Positions 58,173 to 64,000 of a DNA stretch of 64,000 nucleotides are shown here, piece by piece. How positions within the stretch are numbered: the stretch's first letter is position 1; the number at the start of each line of letters is the position of its first letter. The stretch lies in the sequence record OR805294.1; one strand, written 5' to 3'. The notes under the pieces were generated by a model. It saw only the letters and a program-made list of their open reading frames with translations, searched no databases and was not told the DNA's origin. The translations under genes were made by a program, and so were the position numbers.

Positions 58173-58187
58173 TGCCCCTTTATTTGT
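58155..58187. terminator. Terminator after homing endonuclease 2
   Basis: ACAAATAAAGGGGCAT-a-ATGCCCCTTTATTTGT (16-bp arms). Confidence 0.8.
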
Positions 58188-58215
58188 ATCCTATAATGAA
58201 AAATTGTTAGTTACT

Positions 58216-58223
58216 GATAAATA
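58216..58223 (+). promoter_or_regulatory. Putative late promoter GATAAATA (tube operon)
   Basis: Upstream of the AGGAG SD and ATG 58261. Confidence 0.65.
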
Positions 58224-58260
58224 TGTTTATCGTAATAACGAGACATTAATAGGAGAATGT

Positions 58261-58881
58261 ATGGCAACATTAGACAAATTTGGGGTACCAAGTTCGGCAG
58301 GTTCAGAACGCGGTATTTTGCAACCCAAGCTCCAGTACAAGTTTCGCGTGAGTTTTGATGGTTTTGGCGATGGATCTAATTCTCGCCAGTTAACCCAGAG
58401 CGTAGTTTCTGTCGAAAGACCGAAAATAAACCATGCGTCGACTGCTGTTCATTCGTATAACTCTGTAGCATATGCTATGGGGAAACACGAATGGCAAACT
58501 ATCGAAATTGTATTGCGTGACGATATTCAAAACTCAGTTGTTAATGTAGTTGGTAAACAATTGCAGAAACAAATGAACCATTTTGAACAATCTAGCCCAG
58601 TAGCTGGTAGAAACTATAAATTTACTATGAGAATAGAATCTCTAGACGGAAACAACAATACTGCACCATTAGAATACTGGGATGCAGAAGGTTGTTTTTT
58701 ACTTGATGTAAACTATGGTTCTCGTGCATATGATAGCTCTGAACTTACCTTAATAACCCTTACTGTTCGTGCAGATAACTATACTCATCATGCAGGCGGC
58801 AACGAAGTTGCACTTGGCGGCGATCCGTTTACTGACGACGATGCCGGATTACGCGGTGCACCTGGTGCTCGTGTAAACTAA
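58261..58881 (+). CDS. gp19: Tail tube protein
   Basis: MATLDKFGVP...QPKLQYKFRV, VERPKINH, GKHEWQTI, W..EGCFL...Y, ITLTVRADN; follows sheath. Confidence 0.88.
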   Translation: MATLDKFGVPSSAGSERGILQPKLQYKFRVSFDGFGDGSNSRQLTQSVVSVERPKINHASTAVHSYNSVAYAMGKHEWQTIEIVLRDDIQNSVVNVVGKQLQKQMNHFEQSSPVAGRNYKFTMRIESLDGNNNTAPLEYWDAEGCFLLDVNYGSRAYDSSELTLITLTVRADNYTHHAGGNEVALGGDPFTDDDAGLRGAPGARVN

Positions 58882-58889
58882 TAAGAAAT

Positions 58890-58928
58890 CTGCAAGCTAT
58901 TTTACTTAGCTTGCAGTTATTCTTTTTA
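58890..58928 (+). terminator. Terminator/processing hairpin after tube gene
   Basis: CTGCAAGCTA-ttttact-TAGCTTGCAG followed by TTATTCTTTTT. Confidence 0.7.
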
Positions 58929-58940
58929 TTGGATTTATAT

Positions 58941-60419
58941 ATGGCATTTGATGATATATTCGGTACAATAGCCGGCGCTGCCGGTGATATATTTGGGGCA
59001 ACAGTGGGAGAAGCAGGAAATATTTTGTCTTCTGTTGCTACCCGGTCTGCTAAGAAATTTTTAGGCGGTTTAATTGGCGATGGACATGGCGCATATCTAA
59101 GAGATAGTAGACATGCAACATATAATTTTGGTCTTAGGGGTTCGTATATACAGCAGAACTATCCTAGGTCTAAGTTTCAATATCTTGTAAAAATAAACTA
59201 TAATACTATAGATCCAGTAAAATCGTTTGTTGATACTTATTTAAATAGAGATGAACAAGATATGATAGTTCCTCTAATAAAACGTATTGATATGCCATCT
59301 ATGCAAATAGATACAGAAAAATTAAATCAATATAATAAATGGCGTATTTCTCAAACAAAGATAAAATTCCAGCCTATTACAATGGTGTTACACGATGTAG
59401 TAGATGGAAAAACATTACGTTTTTGGGAAATGTATTATGAATATTATTTTAATGATGGTGTTTACGCTAAGAAAACATCAGATTCTATAAGTAATTTTGA
59501 TCCCATTAGAAATACATTAAGAAGGGGCGAGTTAAACGTATCTGAGTTTTATAATGATATTATCTCTAAAGAAGGTGTTTTTAAACGAGATTTTGGATTT
59601 AGGTTAGATACTCAAGTGTTTAATACAACTTCGTTTATAGGAAAATATAGTAGATATTTGTTTGACTCTATTGATATATATCAGGTTCACGGACAATCAT
59701 ATTCTAGAGCAAGATTAGTAAATCCCAGAATAACAGATTTTAGACATGATGCATTAGCATATGACAATTCTAGCGATTTAATGGAATTAACATTTACATT
59801 TGAATACGAAGATGTAGTGTATGATAACTTTGTTAGGCCATTGGCTGAAACTGAACTTGAATTTTATGATAATGCTAATAATTTAGAATTAGATTATCAA
59901 CCCGCCCGGCCACCAGTTAGTGTCAGGGTAAGAAACGACAGTACTGAGGGTGGTTTCGGCAGATCTTCGTCTGGATTAGGTAATGTATTAGGTGATATTA
60001 CAGGAGATATATTCGGCGGAATTCGGTCTGGTGTATCTACAGTTTTAGATGCAACAGGTGTAAATGGTGTGTTAGATAATATAGGAGTAGGTGCAGTATT
60101 AGGAAGTGCTGCTAATAGCGTATTAGGAAATATTGAGCGAAATGTAACAGACTATGTTACTACTTTTCCTGAAAATGCAGCAAGGGCAGTAGGTGAAAGT
60201 ATATTTACAGGAGAAGTAGAATTCCCGGTAGATCCGAAAGGTTCTATGAGAAAAATATTAGATCAAGCAAAATCAGAAACTACTGGAACTATACGAAGAA
60301 CATTTGAAACTGGTGTAAATACTGCTATAACTGGTGTTTTAAATGGCGCAGGAAAAATTATAGATAATCCTAGGGGATCTAGAAATACAAACGTATCTAA
60401 CAGGAGTGTTGGATTATAA
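58941..60419 (+). CDS. Tube-fold baseplate-tail junction protein (gp54-like)
   Basis: PRSKFQYLV, KRIDMPSMQID...NQYN, FQPITMVLHD, LVNPRIT.F.HD.L.Y, TFTFEYE; Gly-rich tail. Confidence 0.7.
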   Translation: MAFDDIFGTIAGAAGDIFGATVGEAGNILSSVATRSAKKFLGGLIGDGHGAYLRDSRHATYNFGLRGSYIQQNYPRSKFQYLVKINYNTIDPVKSFVDTYLNRDEQDMIVPLIKRIDMPSMQIDTEKLNQYNKWRISQTKIKFQPITMVLHDVVDGKTLRFWEMYYEYYFNDGVYAKKTSDSISNFDPIRNTLRRGELNVSEFYNDIISKEGVFKRDFGFRLDTQVFNTTSFIGKYSRYLFDSIDIYQVHGQSYSRARLVNPRITDFRHDALAYDNSSDLMELTFTFEYEDVVYDNFVRPLAETELEFYDNANNLELDYQPARPPVSVRVRNDSTEGGFGRSSSGLGNVLGDITGDIFGGIRSGVSTVLDATGVNGVLDNIGVGAVLGSAANSVLGNIERNVTDYVTTFPENAARAVGESIFTGEVEFPVDPKGSMRKILDQAKSETTGTIRRTFETGVNTAITGVLNGAGKIIDNPRGSRNTNVSNRSVGL

Positions 60420-60874
60420 TGGCACTTGATAGATTTAGTATAGACATGTTGAAGCGCAGAGGAGCTTCTAAGAAAGTAATACAAACGGGTTCGTCTTTAG
60501 TTAACACATTTGAAAATGGATCTGGTTTTGATAATGCTTTGGATGCTACTAGTCTTATTCTAGACAATTACGGAAATTCTTCAGTTGGCGCCGTTAATTC
60601 GAATATGTTTTTTGCTCTACGATCATTCTTTGTAAGTAAACATACTTCTTTACCTAACGCAGAAACCCTAGCATTGATGATGTTAGATGCAGCCAAGTTA
60701 CTAAATAAACCGCCGATGACATTAGCAGAAGAAGTGGCAAGTACGGGACAATTAATGTTAGGAAATGACACATATACTGTATTAAATTTTTTAAGACCTG
60801 CCGGCGAAAAGCAAAATCTATTAATAATAAACGATAATTCTGGGAAATTCAGAGGAAGGAATGTCAAGTTATAA
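60419..60874 (+). CDS. Hypothetical virion-operon protein
   Basis: Translationally coupled between the gp54-like gene and gp4. Confidence 0.7.
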   Translation: MALDRFSIDMLKRRGASKKVIQTGSSLVNTFENGSGFDNALDATSLILDNYGNSSVGAVNSNMFFALRSFFVSKHTSLPNAETLALMMLDAAKLLNKPPMTLAEEVASTGQLMLGNDTYTVLNFLRPAGEKQNLLIINDNSGKFRGRNVKL

Positions 60875-61302
60875 TGGGTAGTTACAAGCAAGGAACGTAT
60901 ATTCCGAAGAATCCTGGAAAATATATAGGAAAAAAATTACCATACTATAGATCTGCATGGGAATATAAATTTATGCAGACAGTTGACGAGAATATGGCTG
61001 TAATTGAATGGGCTAGCGAACCTATTTCTATTCCTTATTTTAATCCAGTTACAAACAAACAATCGTTATATGTGCCAGATTTTTTGATGGTATACGTTGA
61101 TAGTAAGGGCAACAAACACACCGAAATAGTCGAAATAAAACCGAGAAAAGAAACATTTTTAGAACATGCTAAAACTAAACAAGATAAATATCGGTTAGCA
61201 ATGAACGCAGCAAAATGGCAAGCTGCCGCCAAGTTTTGCTCTGCACGGGGTATAAGATTTAGAGTAATTAACGAAGACCATATTTATAGGAATCCTAAAT
61301 AA
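60874..61302 (+). CDS. gp4: Head completion nuclease, gp4-like
   Basis: Y.PKNP.KY.G...YRSAWE..FM, WASEP..IPY, YVPDF, EIKP, N.AKW.AA, F..INED. Confidence 0.92.
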   Translation: MGSYKQGTYIPKNPGKYIGKKLPYYRSAWEYKFMQTVDENMAVIEWASEPISIPYFNPVTNKQSLYVPDFLMVYVDSKGNKHTEIVEIKPRKETFLEHAKTKQDKYRLAMNAAKWQAAAKFCSARGIRFRVINEDHIYRNPK

Positions 61303-61303
61303 C

Positions 61304-61810
61304 ATGACTAAAAGATTAGAAGAAGTATTTGATTTTGCTTCGTTTGACGAAGAAGCGCCGGCAGAAATTATAGAAACTACTAACGAAGAGGATGTTTCTG
61401 GCCAAATAGTAGACATAAATTCTCAATCGGATAAAATTGATGCAGCATTAGTTGGTGTAACTCAATTAGATAGTCATGACAGAGATATGGATGAAATTGC
61501 AAAAACTGCAATGGATGCATACCGCGATTTGTGGGATATAAGTCAAAACATACATGATGCCCAGGTAGGTAAAGTGTTAGAAGTGGCACATAATATGCTT
61601 AAAACTGCCCAGGACGCCAAGGAAGCAAAAAATTATAGAAAATTAAAAATGGTAGAGTTACAAATTAAAAAAGCAAGATTGGATTGGGAAATGACTCATA
61701 AAAAAACGTCCACTGATGCCCCTGCCGGATCTAATGGTGTATATTTTGATAGAAATGAGCTAATCGGTCTTCTTTTAAATAAGGATAATGATAACTCTGC
61801 AGATAAATAA
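61304..61810 (+). CDS. Probable terminase small subunit (gp16-like)
   Basis: MTKRLEEVF, helical core, C-terminal GVYFDRNELI..L; follows gp4. Confidence 0.5.
   Translation: MTKRLEEVFDFASFDEEAPAEIIETTNEEDVSGQIVDINSQSDKIDAALVGVTQLDSHDRDMDEIAKTAMDAYRDLWDISQNIHDAQVGKVLEVAHNMLKTAQDAKEAKNYRKLKMVELQIKKARLDWEMTHKKTSTDAPAGSNGVYFDRNELIGLLLNKDNDNSADK
61802..61809 (+). promoter_or_regulatory. Putative late promoter GATAAATA
   Basis: Upstream of ORF61835. Confidence 0.55.
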
Positions 61811-61834
61811 CATAAACTATAAAGGAAGATATAA

Positions 61835-62437
61835 ATGAAATCTTTCAGAGATTATTACGATGCGTCAAAACGCAAATATTCGTTTGTAATTAAAATAGCT
61901 ACAGACGAAATAAATTCTGAACAAAAATCTGTATTAGAATCTAGTTTAGTAAAATATGATATACTTTCATTTTCTAATTTTAAAGAAACTCCTTATCAAT
62001 TAAATCCGTTAGATTTTCCTAATATACCTTGTTCTAAAGTATTCATAGCAGAAATAGAGATGGTATATCCAGCTACACCAGATTTATTAAGAAATTATAT
62101 ATCTAAAGCACTCTGCATAAAAGAAAGCAATGTTCTGGTATTTACTTCTGAAGATCCTAGATTAGAAGACGCAAAAGAATTTGTGTACAGACAAAGTAAA
62201 GAATATAAAGATAATTATAAACCAGTATTAGGTTCGGAAGAAATATGGAAAACTGAAGCACCATATGGCGACGAATCAGTTAAAGAAGCACTAGCGGCAG
62301 CTCCTGCAAAAGAAGATAGTTATGTAACTAACAATCTAATTCCGGCGCAAAAACTAGATAAAATAACCAATAAAGAAGTTGTAGTTCCTAATAACAATGC
62401 TGTTATAGGTACTAATGATTATAGAAATAAAAGATAA
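61835..62437 (+). CDS. Hypothetical head-associated protein
   Basis: MKSFRDYY N-terminus resembling T4 capsid-targeting leaders; TPYQLNPLDFP. Confidence 0.65.
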   Translation: MKSFRDYYDASKRKYSFVIKIATDEINSEQKSVLESSLVKYDILSFSNFKETPYQLNPLDFPNIPCSKVFIAEIEMVYPATPDLLRNYISKALCIKESNVLVFTSEDPRLEDAKEFVYRQSKEYKDNYKPVLGSEEIWKTEAPYGDESVKEALAAAPAKEDSYVTNNLIPAQKLDKITNKEVVVPNNNAVIGTNDYRNKR

Positions 62438-62466
62438 AGGGCCCAGGGTCCTAGATAGGAGAAATC

Positions 62467-63972
62467 ATGTTTAATATTAATGACATTCTGCGTCTAGCAG
62501 GAGTTCAGGCAGTTAAAGAATCAGAAATATGCGATGATAAAGACTGCACTGATGCCGAATGCCCTGTGCATGGCAAAGACAAAGTAGAAGAAACTGCATC
62601 TGCAGGCGCATCATCGGCAGGCGGAATAGCTTCTGTTGCAAAACCATTTACTGAAGATGACGACGATAGTTATGATTGGTTGGCAGCCCAACAACGTCGT
62701 TCTCGTCAATATCGCCCGGGTGAATTTGAATTCGACGAAGTTAATATATTAGATGAAGAAAAGGATGAAGATGGAAATAGAATTTTCCACACATTTAAAT
62801 CTTGGGTCCGCGCATGTAAAGCATTAAAACCTGGTGTTAGATTTGAGGGTGACGAAGACATATGTCAGGCGTTCGGCTGCGGCGAATGGGATGGAGAAAC
62901 CGGATATATTTCTAAAGATGCTCCGTATCCTACTAAATGGGATAATTCAGTTAATGAAGATTCTGCGTTTGATGAATTAGCAGGAACTGCAGATGATTAT
63001 TCTGATGATATTTCATTTGGCATAGATGATAACGATGACGTTACACATTACAGAAATAACTTTGAAGTAACTGATGTCGATGATATGATACAAGATATAC
63101 TTGCATATAGTGATATATATAGGGATCAGGCAAAACTAGAAACTTTACCATATGCAGTTATAAAGCGAATTCACGATAAAGTTATGGGTGAAACATTCGA
63201 ATCTACTTTAGATGAAATATCTAAATTGGCTGGAATATCTAATGTAGAAGAAAGTGTGCATGATATGGATATTCCTAAGACCGGATATGCATTTAATGAT
63301 CCTAAAAAAGACCCGACATTAGATGATGATTACAAAGCTGTTTCTTTAGAAGAATTAGAGAATGCATATAGAATTCTTAAAAACGCAGGTCTTAATGTAT
63401 CTGCAGAAGAAATAAAAGCAGTAATAGATAGAAGAAAAAATGTGTCAGAAGCATCGCCCAATTTAGATAAAGCAGCTAGTGATTATACTTTAAAAAATTT
63501 CGGTGACTTCGATAACGACGACGAAGACGACGAAGACGACGAAGACCTAAATGATTTAGAAAATTCGGAAGATTTTGAAGATATACCTGTAGATTTCGAT
63601 ATAGATCTCGGACCCGGAACAGTCGGGAGCGAAGTTGCTAATTCAGTAGATGATATTGCAGAAATTATAGCAGATATATTGATGACTAGTAACAAGTATA
63701 ATAGCGAGCAAGAATTAGTCAATATGCCAATTCAGAGACTCCGTGCTATACATAAATCATTAATGGACGAAGGTGCAGTCGCTTCAATAAATACTAATAC
63801 AGTAGATGCTAACGACTATTTCCCTAACGGATATGATGGAAATGTAGTAGGCGCCGCCGGACCGTCTAGTGCAAAATCTGGCGATAATGCTTTACAAAAA
63901 GCATTTGCATCCGAGAGTATAGATGATATAAGAGCGTCGTTGCATGAAGCCCTTAATAAATTTAAAGGTTAA
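62467..63972 (+). CDS. Highly acidic internal-head/core-like polyprotein with many hydrophobic-X-E sites
   Basis: Repeated V/L/I/M-x-E motifs, two LAG(V/I) motifs like the gp22 C-terminus, poly-D/E tracts. Confidence 0.65.
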   Translation: MFNINDILRLAGVQAVKESEICDDKDCTDAECPVHGKDKVEETASAGASSAGGIASVAKPFTEDDDDSYDWLAAQQRRSRQYRPGEFEFDEVNILDEEKDEDGNRIFHTFKSWVRACKALKPGVRFEGDEDICQAFGCGEWDGETGYISKDAPYPTKWDNSVNEDSAFDELAGTADDYSDDISFGIDDNDDVTHYRNNFEVTDVDDMIQDILAYSDIYRDQAKLETLPYAVIKRIHDKVMGETFESTLDEISKLAGISNVEESVHDMDIPKTGYAFNDPKKDPTLDDDYKAVSLEELENAYRILKNAGLNVSAEEIKAVIDRRKNVSEASPNLDKAASDYTLKNFGDFDNDDEDDEDDEDLNDLENSEDFEDIPVDFDIDLGPGTVGSEVANSVDDIAEIIADILMTSNKYNSEQELVNMPIQRLRAIHKSLMDEGAVASINTNTVDANDYFPNGYDGNVVGAAGPSSAKSGDNALQKAFASESIDDIRASLHEALNKFKG

Positions 63973-64000
63973 TATTATGTTAAGGAAATAAAAGGGTGTT

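Noticed and set aside
58204-58260. ORF-track 5' extensions (gp19 58204, gp54-like 58911, gp1 53026, Grx 43199, rIIA 45088, ORF51103, KTSC 40816)
   Set aside because: Downstream starts have SD sequences and match family N-termini, and the extensions overlap promoters or upstream genes.
1-64000. CRISPR array, tRNA, tmRNA, rRNA, DGR/retron reverse transcriptase
   Set aside because: No spaced repeat array, cloverleaf/CCA end, tmRNA termini or RT (YxDD) motif was seen. The direct repeats found are all in-frame coding duplications.

Overview
A 64-kb, AT-rich segment of a large T4-related (distant, jumbo-type) myovirus genome that infects a Gram-negative host (two-component spanins, SAR endolysin). 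It holds the virion morphogenesis core: baseplate gp6/gp25/gp5/hub/gp53/gp48, tail-assembly chaperone, tape measure, portal gp20, prohead core, protease gp21, scaffold gp22, capsid gp23, four tail-fibre-like genes, neck gp13/14/15, sheath gp18, tube gp19, gp4 and a probable small terminase. It also carries the gp55-gp47-gp46 operon, a Holliday-junction resolvase, two Hef-like homing endonucleases, a split lysis cassette and an accessory block (YqeY, KTSC, DHFR, glutaredoxin, exonuclease, rIIA/rIIB, M3 oligopeptidase). Late genes are preceded by a recurrent GATAAATA motif, and early/middle genes by sigma70-type promoters. The most notable signals are absent from the ORF track. (1) A ~0.9-1 kb ORF-free, G-rich, extensively base-paired transcript unit (about 10984-11950) with a perfect sigma70 promoter and its own terminator, a candidate large non-coding RNA. 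(2) A second ~270-nt structured, potentially pseudoknotted RNA (about 38207-38475). (3) A hidden ArfA-like ribosome-rescue ORF (50944-51096) whose intrinsic terminator lies before its stop codon, giving a predicted non-stop mRNA. (4) A T TTT TTC -1 frameshift joining the gp26-like chaperone to a start-less downstream ORF. All product names come from motif recognition and synteny by eye; no database searches or folding programs were run.
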